Source of the DNA: a virus
Lineage: Duplodnaviria > Caudoviricetes
Virus record (IMG/VR): IMGVR_UViG_3300029286_000092
Coordinates: 1-43,128 of that record
Length of the DNA: 43,128 bases
Direction: 5' to 3' (one strand)
The notes under the pieces are model-generated. The model had not been told where the DNA came from and searched no databases. It worked only from the letters and a program-made list of their open reading frames with translations. Position numbers and translations under genes: made by a program. Every line of letters starts with the position of its first letter. The first letter of the stretch is position 1. Positions 7,963-18,018 of the stretch are shown piece after piece.

Positions 7963-9788
7963 TTTTCCCCGTATTGTTGTATTGCCTGAAATTTGTTCGC
8001 GCTACTTTTCCTGAAATTTTCTTTTAATTTATCCAAATGGTTCAAAAGCGTCAGCCCAAGCCCTATAGGTTTGTTGATGCCAAGGGTCAGTTTATAAGCT
8101 GTTTCCCTACTCATATCCTTTTCAAGGCTGATAACTTGTAACAGGCCGGTAAATATTTCGGTGTTGATGTTAAGGATGTCACCGGGAAGATAAAAAGCTG
8201 CCCACGTCCGTTCAATGGGATCTTGTCCTATCTCTGTAATGTAATACTTTGTCCCCGAATACCTCAGATAAAATTCGTCTATTTCGACGTCGGCGATATT
8301 GTTGATGGAAGACTTTGCCGGATATTCAGTATATCTCGCCCATCCATACAACCGGCTCTCTGCATCCGTGATGTACGCTGATGGCGGGACAATGTCCGTA
8401 AGGATGTATTTATCACCGACCGAAAACGCGAACGGCACCTGCATTGATGGTATTCCCATCCCGTTTTCGTTGGTAAAGGGCACAACCTCGAATCGTTTTG
8501 TTGAATGGGTATAGTTTTTCAAAGCAAAGCTGTAACCCGAAAGATTCCCTGAAGTGAATTCAACCTTTGCCGATACACCGTTGATGAGATACATTGTATT
8601 TCCGTCACTATCCTTTTCGTTCAGGTTATAATCCATGTTCTCATTGATGAACACGCATCCTCCGTCTGTGCCCCCCGCCATGCGCTTCATAGTTGCTGTA
8701 ATATTGTTCGATGTTCCGGTTGCCTGGCTGGATATGATAAGGGTAGACGTCCCGACATTGGTGATCTTGCTGCCTGGGATGATGTTGGCACAGTCCCATA
8801 TTGTGTCGCCTACATGGTAGGAACTCATAGTCGGCGGAATGTGTGGCTCTACCACGCTTGAACCTTGTATAGTACCCAATATAGCCAAATACTGTAGTTC
8901 AGAACCGGGGTCTGTAATATCCGTTATCGCGGATTCCTGGCGTGGGAAAATATCTTCGTTTATCGAAATCGCTTCGATGATGCCGTATTTGTCAATCATA
9001 ACCTGCTGGTCAAGGAATGAAGCTTCGCCCATTGTGAATCGCAACCTTGATGCACCATTTTTGTATCCGGAAGTGATGTTTTTATTGGATCCTACTACAT
9101 GTAACCTGGTTGCAAATGCCTTATCGTTGTCTGGCCTTACCTTAATGGTTTTTATTCCGGTCGCGTATGTGTACACTTCTTGCAGAACCCGTTGTTTCCT
9201 AACCAGGTTAAGGTCTGCAAAGTAGTCCTCCTGGACAGAGCTTTCGGAAACCGTGAAATTGCAAGCGAACGAATCGCAAACCTTCTGAAGTGCTGTATAG
9301 CAGTTGTCGTGGCAGAAAGTAATAAGCTGTGCATCAGCCGTGAAATCAATGATTCCTTCCCGCCATATCTCAAGCGGAAGTATCCTGTCAATATTGTTTA
9401 ATATAAGGTTGAGGAAATCGGTTGGAGTTCCTACCAGGCTAAACTCAGTTTCCCATCCCCACCCTTCGCTGTCGTGGTTGAAAAGAATTGCGTCCTGTAA
9501 CCTGTGCTGCAGGCTAAGGAACGAAAAATTATATATATAGTGCTTGTCTGTCAGCCTTTCAATCGTTGGGCACTCGTGCATCACAAAGCGCCTTTGGAGC
9601 GATTCATCGAACAACCACGCATTGATGTTGACAGTTAGTATCTGATTTGAACGGACCTGAAGCGTTAATTCTGACTTCCCTCCAAAATCTTCTTTCAGTA
9701 CACGCTTCTCAATAACCGTTAAAGGGTAGAATTCACCTCCCGGTTCAATGATCGAATCATCAATATTGGTTATATAAGTTTTCCCCAT
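7959..9788 (-). CDS. Tail tip/baseplate hub (Tal-like) protein
   Basis: Position after Dit; TRLHVVGSNKNI, KYGIIE....EDIFP, VEFTSGNLSGYSF, F.VGDKYILTDI motifs. Confidence 0.7.
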   Translation of the reverse strand: MGKTYITNIDDSIIEPGGEFYPLTVIEKRVLKEDFGGKSELTLQVRSNQILTVNINAWLFDESLQRRFVMHECPTIERLTDKHYIYNFSFLSLQHRLQDAILFNHDSEGWGWETEFSLVGTPTDFLNLILNNIDRILPLEIWREGIIDFTADAQLITFCHDNCYTALQKVCDSFACNFTVSESSVQEDYFADLNLVRKQRVLQEVYTYATGIKTIKVRPDNDKAFATRLHVVGSNKNITSGYKNGASRLRFTMGEASFLDQQVMIDKYGIIEAISINEDIFPRQESAITDITDPGSELQYLAILGTIQGSSVVEPHIPPTMSSYHVGDTIWDCANIIPGSKITNVGTSTLIISSQATGTSNNITATMKRMAGGTDGGCVFINENMDYNLNEKDSDGNTMYLINGVSAKVEFTSGNLSGYSFALKNYTHSTKRFEVVPFTNENGMGIPSMQVPFAFSVGDKYILTDIVPPSAYITDAESRLYGWARYTEYPAKSSINNIADVEIDEFYLRYSGTKYYITEIGQDPIERTWAAFYLPGDILNINTEIFTGLLQVISLEKDMSRETAYKLTLGINKPIGLGLTLLNHLDKLKENFRKSSANKFQAIQQYGEK

Positions 9789-10444
9789 ACTTCAATAGCT
9801 GTTTCGCTTTCAATTGTCAAATCATCAATATTCCCGGTAAATACTATGTATCTATCACCGAATGGATGTTCAGGATATTCGTGCTCTACTGTCTGTAACC
9901 CATCAACGTACAGGTTGGTTTCACTGCCATCGCCCCAGCGTATTGTTACTGTCGCGGTGCAATCAACATCTAATTCCACAGTATTTGTTATATCGTCAAC
10001 CGCAAACATCCATACCTTTTTTATCGGATCAGGCTCACGCAATTTGATCTGGAAGGTTGCCTTCATAGTGGATATTGCCCATTTCTTTGATACTGAAATA
10101 CCATCAGCAAGGTACACATCGTAAACCAGGGGTTTATCCTGATCGTCCACTTCAATTATGAGCCTGCGCAATCCAGGAAGCATGATGGCAGCTTTGAAAG
10201 CCATCATCTTTTCGTTGAAATCGGTAGGGTCGTCGGCAACTATCCAGCACTCCAGGGTGATGTCCCTCGGTTCGTAATACAAGGCAGATAAATCAACCAA
10301 TTCACCATTTCTGTCTGGTACGTTGCTTTTAAAAACCGCCTTCAGCTTTGGCATATCAATCAACCCGGTGCTCCCGCTAACGATTATCCCATAATCGCTA
10401 AGCAAAGTGCCATCGAGGTAATATTTTATCGGTTGTTCTACCAT
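9770..10444 (-). CDS. Distal tail (Dit-like) protein
   Basis: Directly after tape measure; YEPRDITLECW, F.IKLREPDP.K. Confidence 0.7.
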   Translation of the reverse strand: MVEQPIKYYLDGTLLSDYGIIVSGSTGLIDMPKLKAVFKSNVPDRNGELVDLSALYYEPRDITLECWIVADDPTDFNEKMMAFKAAIMLPGLRRLIIEVDDQDKPLVYDVYLADGISVSKKWAISTMKATFQIKLREPDPIKKVWMFAVDDITNTVELDVDCTATVTIRWGDGSETNLYVDGLQTVEHEYPEHPFGDRYIVFTGNIDDLTIESETAIEVWGKLI

Positions 10445-10447
10445 GTT

Positions 10448-13400
10448 TTAACCAATTGTTTTCCCCGATCCGCCCAAGGAAGATCCTGAAGGGGTGTTCA
10501 TGATGTCGTAAATTTTCTGTAGATATAGTAGTTGCCGTGTATTCATCGCTGTTTCCTGGTTTGCCATCAGGTTCTGGTTCATTACCTGCAACCCTTGTGC
10601 CTGGTACATCCTGATGGCGTTCATCTGGCCGGCAATGATATTAGCACTTTCTTCGGTGATGCCTTTCACCGCCCCGGTAAGTTGGTTTGCACCGGAAGAT
10701 GATGGATCAACTCCGGTTACTTGTTCAAGATTGTCCCAACCCTCTTTACTTGAATCAATAATAGCATCATACTCCGCTTTTGATAGTGCCAGTTCTGCCG
10801 CTGTGAGCACTCCATCGCTCTCCGTCCGTAAAGCAAAATCCTCGTACCATTTCGTTAGCGGCTCTTCCAGGTATTTTATCTTGAAACTTTGCAGCATAGC
10901 ATTCTTCATAAGTTCCTCAAATGTGTCTGCAAAATCAGCGGCAGAATCCTTCCCGTTGGCAAACCCTTCGGCAATGCTGTCAACAATGGCACTGGAAGTG
11001 GTTCCGGTAAGGTATTCCTCGTATTCTCGTTTTAATTCCTCATACTTTTGCAAATCATCGGCATAGTCTTGAAGAAGCAAATCCATTTCCTCTGAACCCT
11101 CGACCCTTCCTCTTGCAATGTCCTCCATAAGCCTTGTTATACCATCCCTGTTTGCCTTTTCAATGGCATTAATCTTTTCGATATAAGATAGTTTATTGAA
11201 TGAAGCCGAATTGAAATAGGATGATTCGGAAAAAATATAATTTAAACCGGGATTGCCACTACCTGTCATCATAATGGCTCCCGCTGTGAGGTGTATTTCA
11301 TTGTAAAGCTTTTCAAAAGCCTTCTGATAAGCCTCTATTCTTTCTGTACCGTATACATTGTTTATGAGTTGTAACTGCCTTTCTAATAAGGCATTTAGTC
11401 GTTCGATGCTCTCTGACAAAGCATCATAGCTCTTTTGCTTGTCGGCCTCGTCTTCAAAGTAAGTATATGCCTTTTGGATAGCTCCTAAAGCACCTATGGA
11501 TCCGGAAATTCCCTGCACAATATTACCGGTTGAAAACCCTTGGATTGCTGTGCTTAAGCTTCCTGCAAGTTCAGCTGCTGTATCTACCAAATTGCCCAAA
11601 TCGTCATCCAGTCCCCTCGCAAGCCCTGACATCGAACCAAGTATCTGCGAAGCTTCGCCTAAGCCATCAGCAAGGCTCGATTTTCTTAATGCTTTGGTTG
11701 CATCTTCCAGTTCTTTTTCAAGCCCCACGGTATCGCCACCCAGCTTTTTAACAGCCGCGATTTTCTTGTTTATTTTTTCGATGTATGCCGTCAATTCTTT
11801 GCGGCCCATCTGTATCAATTCGTCATAGGTGGCCTGTTCGGTAGATATAGTCTCCTCCGCAAGTTTCTGTATCGCCTCTTGTTTTTGACCTTCGAGTATA
11901 TCGAGGTGGGTAGAAAGGTCTTCCGGTTTGGCATCTGTCAGGGTTTTTCTCTTTGCCGCAAATTCCTCCTCAATTTTGTAAAGTTTTTCTTGTAATGTCG
12001 CAGTCTGTGATAGCGCATCCGATATAGCTTCATTCTTTTTGTTGAAGGTTTCAACTTCTTTGGCCGCAGTTTCACGCCACAATTCCTCCTCATGATCCAT
12101 ATAATCCGACCACGATTTGTCAAGTTCGGCTATTTTATCATCCGCAGCCTTTCCCATATTCCATAATATTTCCGTATAGTCAACTTCCGGGGCTTTTTCC
12201 TTCGTACCTGCGTCCGCGCCTTCGCCTTCGCCTTCGAGGGATTTTAATTTCTTCTTGGCAGCATCTATCTTTCCGTTTATTTCTGCAAGTTGCTTATTCA
12301 ATTCATCTTCCGGAAGGTTTTTCCCTTTGAGCACCACAAGTTCCTTTTTAAGTACACTGAGTTCTTCAGTTGCCTTTTTTTGCAATTGCGTGTAGTTGGT
12401 AGTTGCCGCACTTCGTTTCTTGAGTTCGTTCTCGATTGTGGCTGTCTGCGCCCTGAGTTCCTCTGCTTTGAAAGTGCCAGATATGGGACCAGTATATATT
12501 TGTGCCGATTCGGCCCCGTTTTTGTCTATACTGAACAAAGCCCTTTTCCTGGCCATCAACTCTATGTTTAGTAGCAAATCCGTCTGCGCTCCGATGTTCG
12601 CAATCCAGGAGTTCACCCTGTCGGTCTGGATATCTTTGTCGAATTTTTTCAGGAGTTCTCTCTGTACATCCAGTTCCTTTTTCATCTCACTAAGTGTCAC
12701 CGAAGAGACACCTGGAGTATTACCAGCATCTCTATAAGCATTAGCAATCCTTTCAACTTGCTTCTTTTGGGAGTCATATGCATTTTGCCTGCTCTTCGCA
12801 TTTTCCTTTGATTCAACTTCAGAAAGCTCCTTCTTCAACTTAAGCAAATCGGCAAGTTTGATGCTTTCCGTGTCGTATTTTTCAAATATCTCAGGATACT
12901 TTTGTTTAAGGGTTTCCAGGGCACTTACCCTTTCAAGGTCGGCAAGAGCCTGGTCCGTTGCTGTGCTGATAAGCTTTTCTATCTCGCCCCGGTGCTTTTC
13001 CTCCAGTGCAGCGGCTTCCTCCTTCTTCTTGTTATAAATTTCCTGTGCCTGTTCTGCGGCGGTTGTGCTATCGTGCAAAGCCCACATCGCACTACCAAGC
13101 CCGATCACCAAAGTGGCGAGCAACACATAAGGGTTGGCAAGCATTGTTTTGTTCAATAGCGCCTGAGCACGTGCACTTGCAATAGTAGCAGTCATGTGCA
13201 ACTGTTCGGCTATTGTCAATCCTGCTGTTGCATTCGCAGCAGCTGCGGATATTATCGTATGTGCGATCACCGCTGCCTTATATGCACCAAATGTGATGAC
13301 GAGGGTAGCCAGCACCTTACCTACCGCTTCGTAATTGGCTACGAGGTAACTTGCCGCGCCCACAGCACCTGAAAGCAAGCCCTCCGACCCTTCCCCAATC

Positions 13401-14119
13401 TGGTTGAACATGTTCGTTATCGCATCCTGCAAGTTCGATACCTGTCCAACCAGCGTTTTGCTGATCGCTTCCGTAGAGCCTTTTACCCCCTTCATGTCGC
13501 CCAGGCCAAGGATGTACTTCCTTATCGCCTCGCCCGAGTTTTCGATAGTGGTGGTAGCTCCTTTAAATGAAAAAGATATCTGGTCGCCCGAAACTTTTGC
13601 CTTGATGCCAAACTGTTTGAGCCTTTCAAATTCTCCTGTCTGTGCATCGAGCAAGGCTTCTGAAAGCTGTCCGAAATCCTTCCCTGTGCTGGATGCAAGG
13701 TCACCCAGTTTAATGATCTCTTCACGGGAAGGCTTGAATCCCTGGTTGACAAGACTCACATAAGCCTCTGTCAGGCTGTCAAGTTGAAACGGTGTCCTGG
13801 ATGCAATATCGGTGAGCATTTGCATACTATCAACAGCTTGTTTCTGGCTTCCAAGCGTATTGGTAAGCACTGCCTCAAACTTTTGAAACTCTCCGCGCAC
13901 CTCAATCAGTTTTTGGCCAAAGCCAGCTAAAGCAGCAACCGACAACATACCCGTGAGGCCTGTGGTAACGCTTGCAAACGCACGTTTCATAGATGCAGAT
14001 TCCCTGCCTGCTGTATCGCCCAACCCCATGATACGGCGGTTCATCTCATCTATCTGCTTCTTGAAATCAGATGTCTGGATGTAAGCATCAAAAGAAATTG
14101 CCCCATTAGTGTTTTGCAT
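10448..14119 (-). CDS. Tail tape measure protein
   Basis: 1223 aa, helical Ala/Leu/Glu-rich; TPFQLDSL, LGDLAS, GQVSNLQDA, ANPYVLLA. Confidence 0.92.
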   Translation of the reverse strand: MQNTNGAISFDAYIQTSDFKKQIDEMNRRIMGLGDTAGRESASMKRAFASVTTGLTGMLSVAALAGFGQKLIEVRGEFQKFEAVLTNTLGSQKQAVDSMQMLTDIASRTPFQLDSLTEAYVSLVNQGFKPSREEIIKLGDLASSTGKDFGQLSEALLDAQTGEFERLKQFGIKAKVSGDQISFSFKGATTTIENSGEAIRKYILGLGDMKGVKGSTEAISKTLVGQVSNLQDAITNMFNQIGEGSEGLLSGAVGAASYLVANYEAVGKVLATLVITFGAYKAAVIAHTIISAAAANATAGLTIAEQLHMTATIASARAQALLNKTMLANPYVLLATLVIGLGSAMWALHDSTTAAEQAQEIYNKKKEEAAALEEKHRGEIEKLISTATDQALADLERVSALETLKQKYPEIFEKYDTESIKLADLLKLKKELSEVESKENAKSRQNAYDSQKKQVERIANAYRDAGNTPGVSSVTLSEMKKELDVQRELLKKFDKDIQTDRVNSWIANIGAQTDLLLNIELMARKRALFSIDKNGAESAQIYTGPISGTFKAEELRAQTATIENELKKRSAATTNYTQLQKKATEELSVLKKELVVLKGKNLPEDELNKQLAEINGKIDAAKKKLKSLEGEGEGADAGTKEKAPEVDYTEILWNMGKAADDKIAELDKSWSDYMDHEEELWRETAAKEVETFNKKNEAISDALSQTATLQEKLYKIEEEFAAKRKTLTDAKPEDLSTHLDILEGQKQEAIQKLAEETISTEQATYDELIQMGRKELTAYIEKINKKIAAVKKLGGDTVGLEKELEDATKALRKSSLADGLGEASQILGSMSGLARGLDDDLGNLVDTAAELAGSLSTAIQGFSTGNIVQGISGSIGALGAIQKAYTYFEDEADKQKSYDALSESIERLNALLERQLQLINNVYGTERIEAYQKAFEKLYNEIHLTAGAIMMTGSGNPGLNYIFSESSYFNSASFNKLSYIEKINAIEKANRDGITRLMEDIARGRVEGSEEMDLLLQDYADDLQKYEELKREYEEYLTGTTSSAIVDSIAEGFANGKDSAADFADTFEELMKNAMLQSFKIKYLEEPLTKWYEDFALRTESDGVLTAAELALSKAEYDAIIDSSKEGWDNLEQVTGVDPSSSGANQLTGAVKGITEESANIIAGQMNAIRMYQAQGLQVMNQNLMANQETAMNTRQLLYLQKIYDIMNTPSGSSLGGSGKTIG

Positions 14120-14335
14120 TTGCGTTCATGTTTTTTATAAAATCCCGCAGATCATCCTCATTGTCAAAAGAAACTTCTTTTCTGTTTTTGTTCTTTTTGT
14201 TTCCGTAGTCGTACCAGGCCATGTCTGCTATCATCATCTGACAGTTAATCCAACTGATGCGCCATAAAACATATTCGTAGCTCCAATGGAAGTGGGCACA
14301 GGCACTTCCTATCGTGCCGAACGGGCTATTTAACC
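14106..14335 (-). CDS. Tail assembly chaperone extension (gpT-like), reached by -1 frameshift
   Basis: -1 frame after AGC GGG GGT TAA reads GLNSPFGTIGSACAHFHWSYEYVLWRISWINCQMMIADMAWYDY...NAKH*, ending over the tape measure start. Confidence 0.7.
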
Positions 14336-14785
14336 CCCGCTGTCCCCCGGACTCAGATTCTTCTTCGGCTCCGTCATCCTCCTGCCGGAAATCAATCTGA
14401 TAGAATTCATAAAATCCCCCATGTTGTTAAGGGTCATCACTGTCTCGCTGATATTTCTCAGTTCGCCCGGTGTAAGCTTCCAAAACAGAAAATTGGCAAG
14501 CACGCTTTCAAAAAGCCTGATTTTCCACTTATTGTTAAGGATGGCTATTGCAACGATCCTGGCCATTTTCTTTGCATGAGATACAGCTATGTCCCTGCTT
14601 TCTCCTATAGGGTTGTCCTTGATCTTTTCCTCATCTATACCCATAGTAATAGCGATATGGCTGATGGTGAAAATCGTGCCAAGATAGCTTTGCGATATGG
14701 TAAACTTACGCTTGCCAATGTCCACTATTATGCCGTTCTGTAGCAAAGTGTCAATCGCTTTTATTTCAGTTCCCTTTTCCTTCAT
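14330..14785 (-). CDS. Tail assembly chaperone (gpG-like)
   Basis: Lies between the major tail and tape measure genes; ends at the putative slip site. Confidence 0.75.
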   Translation of the reverse strand: MKEKGTEIKAIDTLLQNGIIVDIGKRKFTISQSYLGTIFTISHIAITMGIDEEKIKDNPIGESRDIAVSHAKKMARIVAIAILNNKWKIRLFESVLANFLFWKLTPGELRNISETVMTLNNMGDFMNSIRLISGRRMTEPKKNLSPGDSGG

Positions 14786-14794
14786 AGGTTTTGA

Positions 14795-14820
14795 AAAAAG
14801 GGGCTTTTACACCCCTTTTT
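14795..14820 (-). terminator. Terminator-like hairpin after major tail gene
   Basis: aaaaagggg...ccccttttt inverted repeat with A/T tails on both sides. Confidence 0.55.
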
Positions 14821-14836
14821 GTGTTTGAAGGTTGGG

Positions 14837-15328
14837 TTAAGAAATAGAGATTGAGGACACGCCCGTTTTGGTAGGCGTCAGGATGGTAGCTTTCACATCC
14901 ACATACATCAGGTCGGTTTTGCTGAACGGAGAGTTCAGCGATCCTACTATTGATGCGCGGGGTATCTCGACAGAGAACCCTGCCTTGGGTGTGATTTTGA
15001 GCGATTTCTCGATTACAGGTTTGGTTGCAGGTGAGTTCCAAACCTCATTCGGGGATGTGCCGGTAACCTCTCCTCCTAATACAGAAGTAAGATGTGTCAG
15101 GTCCTGGATGATGAGCTGGAACTCCACGCTCTGCGTTTCATTTCCTGGAATAGTTACCAGGGGAGTGCTTAACTCCTCTGCTTCAAGGTTCGTTTCAGTA
15201 CCGGCTGTAGTGACCAGTTTTGTGCTCCCTACTTTGGTGTACCCGATTTGGGTGAGGGTAGTGCCCATCCCGCCATCGTTCGCTATGTCGCCGATCTCGA
15301 TTTTTACAAGTCCATATGTTGTGGCCAT
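14837..15328 (-). CDS. Major tail (tube) protein
   Basis: 163 aa, Thr/Gly-rich; YGLVKIEIGDIA.DGGMGT, IPRA.I; position. Confidence 0.75.
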   Translation of the reverse strand: MATTYGLVKIEIGDIANDGGMGTTLTQIGYTKVGSTKLVTTAGTETNLEAEELSTPLVTIPGNETQSVEFQLIIQDLTHLTSVLGGEVTGTSPNEVWNSPATKPVIEKSLKITPKAGFSVEIPRASIVGSLNSPFSKTDLMYVDVKATILTPTKTGVSSISIS

Positions 15329-15333
15329 GTGTT

Positions 15334-15795
15334 TTACAGATTAATGTTTGTGAATTCGATTCTTAAATTGATAAAATGTTGGTTGATACTTTCTTCTTTC
15401 AGTAATCCCTGATAGCTGATCTCGTACAGATACTGCTCTTCGTTCATTTCGCATAAAATACTAATCGCGATGTGCGAAAGTTCCTGAAGGCGCATGAAAG
15501 CTGGCTGATATTGAGGCTTGCCTCCGAGGCTGATAGAGATATCCGGAACATAAATGTTTACATTTGCGGTTGCACGTTGCAATTGGTCCGTACTCACTGG
15601 CAGGCAGTTTATTACGCAATCCTCTTTATTGGAATTGTCAGGCCTCCTCACTTTGTAAATTGCACCATTCATGGCTGTAAATGCTTCTACCCCTTCTATG
15701 CCTTCCGATGGCTCCACGCCCTCTACGTCAGTAAAAAGCTGCGATCCCCTTAATACCTGGTACAGGATATCTATGATGCCGAACGTGTCTATCAT
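15334..15795 (-). CDS. Tail terminator/completion protein
   Basis: GAIYK..RP.NS.KEDCVIN.L, NVNIYVPDI, HFINLRIEF; position. Confidence 0.65.
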   Translation of the reverse strand: MIDTFGIIDILYQVLRGSQLFTDVEGVEPSEGIEGVEAFTAMNGAIYKVRRPDNSNKEDCVINCLPVSTDQLQRATANVNIYVPDISISLGGKPQYQPAFMRLQELSHIAISILCEMNEEQYLYEISYQGLLKEESINQHFINLRIEFTNINL

Positions 15796-16229
15796 TTGAT
15801 CTTAGCCTTTAATTGTGCCATAAGCTGCGGCAATTGCTTCTCTGCATAGTGCTCTGCACCGCTCAGCACATTCCTTCCGGTTGCTTCCACATAATATGCG
15901 TAGTCCATCCCGGCAACTACAATAAGCGCATACCCGGTCGTAAACTTTTCAGATACTTCCTTTGCTATTGTTTTGGCTGCGTTTTTACCATCGGCAGTGT
16001 CGCCTGTGAAATTAGTTTTCACTTCTTTCCCGTTTGCCATTACAACATAACCTATCGAACTCCGTAGGTTCCCAGTCTGATCAGTATAATCACCTGAAGT
16101 GCGGGCATGTTTCACACACTCTTCGCCAAGTCTCTTCAACCTCATGATGATAGCATTCTCTATCGCTTTGGCTTTTTTATCTAAGGCTGCCGATATTTCC
16201 CGCATTCTGAATGTTGGAATCAGACCCAT
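15792..16229 (-). CDS. HK97 gp10-like tail completion/neck protein
   Basis: YTDQTGNLRSSIGY, VVAGMDYAYYVE. Confidence 0.75.
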   Translation of the reverse strand: MGLIPTFRMREISAALDKKAKAIENAIIMRLKRLGEECVKHARTSGDYTDQTGNLRSSIGYVVMANGKEVKTNFTGDTADGKNAAKTIAKEVSEKFTTGYALIVVAGMDYAYYVEATGRNVLSGAEHYAEKQLPQLMAQLKAKIK

Positions 16230-16546
16230 ATCCTCGTGTTTTTCCTGTCGTTTGTTATACGCAATACCGATCCGGTTAGCCTTAAATTTCCATCGATGTC
16301 TTTCACCTCAATAGTATCTCCAGCTTTGATCTGGTGTTCTGTTGCCGGAAGGTAAATCATGCTTGAATAAATTGTCGCTTTTCCGTCAGTCAATTGTACA
16401 GACCGGCTCATTAAATTCACCTCATCCCTGCAAGCATATTCGTTTGTCGTAGTTTCCGGGCTTTCAACATCAACCCAATTCCCGTTCTCATCCTGTCCGG
16501 ATTCTGTTGTAGGGATAATAGTGAGAATGTGCGGGTAACGTTCCAT
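16220..16546 (-). CDS. Head closure protein
   Basis: Position and size; QDENGNW motif. Confidence 0.6.
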   Translation of the reverse strand: MERYPHILTIIPTTESGQDENGNWVDVESPETTTNEYACRDEVNLMSRSVQLTDGKATIYSSMIYLPATEHQIKAGDTIEVKDIDGNLRLTGSVLRITNDRKNTRIWV

Positions 16547-16878
16547 TACCAGAGGTTTGATTTGTCGCGTATAGATGGCTCATGAGAAGAAAACTCTGAG
16601 GCAATATCATCCAACCCTGCAGAGGATGCAAGCGAGCCTATCAAGGCCGCAAGACCTTCTTTGTTGTATGATTGGCTGAATCCGCCCTCACTGTCGGAAG
16701 CAAGTGCAAGGAACGATTTAAGGATATTAATAGCAATGGAAGCAACTGTTTTTTTATTTCCGGAAGAATAATCGTCATCCGCTGACAGTGTGCCTTCATC
16801 AATGATTTCCTTTTCGATCAGCAGTTTGTCCGCTGTGTAAGGGTTTATCGCTGCTTTTATTGCCTCAAAGTTTGTCAT
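16546..16878 (-). CDS. Head-tail adaptor
   Basis: MTNFEAIK..., SEGGFSQSY, IRDKSNLW; directly after capsid. Confidence 0.6.
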   Translation of the reverse strand: MTNFEAIKAAINPYTADKLLIEKEIIDEGTLSADDDYSSGNKKTVASIAINILKSFLALASDSEGGFSQSYNKEGLAALIGSLASSAGLDDIASEFSSHEPSIRDKSNLW

Positions 16879-16889
16879 GATATCAGGGT

Positions 16890-16909
16890 AGGGGCTGTTG
16901 CCAGCCCCT
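16890..16909 (-). promoter_or_regulatory. GC-rich hairpin with GCAA tetraloop just after the capsid stop
   Basis: Minus strand AGGGGCTG-GCAA-CAGCCCCT; no U-tail on the minus strand, so more likely an mRNA stabiliser than a terminator. Confidence 0.45.
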
Positions 16910-16917
16910 TTTGAAGT

Positions 16918-18000
16918 TTAGAAGGTGAAAGTGCTGTGCAACGTGTCAAGCATATAGGACCTTTGAGCCGATCCCCATGCAGGGAAAGCGTTTGCCATAC
17001 CGATTGTGCATTCAGTAAGCGGTTCTTCAATCGCATACTTCTTGATGAGCGTAGGACCGCGTTTAACCTTGATGGCATCGCTGGTGATTGATTCATCAGC
17101 AAGCGGGGCATGGAAGGTATTTCCGGCAACCAATGATGGAATAAATGTTACCGCACCTGTTTCCCACGGATTTACGGTGCTTTGAACACCTGCTGGGGTT
17201 TCAAGTGTAACATAACTTTCGATGATACGGATCTCCGGAAGTTTGCTTTCACGCAACGAAGCGTTTACGCTCTCAAGGCTCGGTTTCTGTGTCAGGCTGG
17301 TAGCCTGGAGTACCCATGCCGCAGCAAATTTAACAACCTCATCGGCATTTGAGAATACGTCAAAAGTGTCCTGATTCATCAGCATATAGCTGAGCAAAAG
17401 GCCTTTTTTCTTTGCCAAACCAACGATGGTACGGATATCGCTGATAGGCGTACAGGTTGCTTTGTTGGCAGTGCTCCATACGGTTGTAACTCCCTTTTTC
17501 TGTGCTGAAGGCACAAGGAAGTCAACAGCTACTTCGGTAACCACGCCACCGTTGTTGCTTGAGTCCAGGCTTACCTTTCCTGTCGAAAGTGCACGGAGGG
17601 CGAGCCATTCGAGGCGGGCTGCAACACCCATGTAACAGAACTCAACATCATCGAATACATATTTCACCAGTGCCTGGGCACCTTCGGTAGTATTAGCCCA
17701 CTGAAGCAGTTGGTTATAATCGTTCAGGTCGGTTTCTGATTTATCGCGGCCTATGCTGATCTTGGGAATGTCGCCCTGGGCTTTTCCAACTGTCTGTCGG
17801 GTTTTGCGTGGCGAAGATGCATTGAATGAAATTACATCGGCAGCAACCGGTACACCGGAATCAGCCTGCAGGGTTTTCCATGTCAAAGAGGAAGTGAAAC
17901 GGAGCGGGAAAAGTGTCGGCCAGTAAAACTGGTTAAAGTTCAACACGTTCAGGATTGCCATAATATCCTTGTCCGAAAGGTTTTTCATTAATGATTTCAT
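16918..18000 (-). CDS. Major capsid protein (lambda E-like)
   Basis: 360 aa; LFP.....L.W, G.IPKI...R, RLEWLAL.ALSTG, P..DI; follows scaffold and decoration genes. Confidence 0.85.
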   Translation of the reverse strand: MKSLMKNLSDKDIMAILNVLNFNQFYWPTLFPLRFTSSLTWKTLQADSGVPVAADVISFNASSPRKTRQTVGKAQGDIPKISIGRDKSETDLNDYNQLLQWANTTEGAQALVKYVFDDVEFCYMGVAARLEWLALRALSTGKVSLDSSNNGGVVTEVAVDFLVPSAQKKGVTTVWSTANKATCTPISDIRTIVGLAKKKGLLLSYMLMNQDTFDVFSNADEVVKFAAAWVLQATSLTQKPSLESVNASLRESKLPEIRIIESYVTLETPAGVQSTVNPWETGAVTFIPSLVAGNTFHAPLADESITSDAIKVKRGPTLIKKYAIEEPLTECTIGMANAFPAWGSAQRSYMLDTLHSTFTF

Positions 18001-18018
18001 GTCTTTTGGGTTTTAGGA

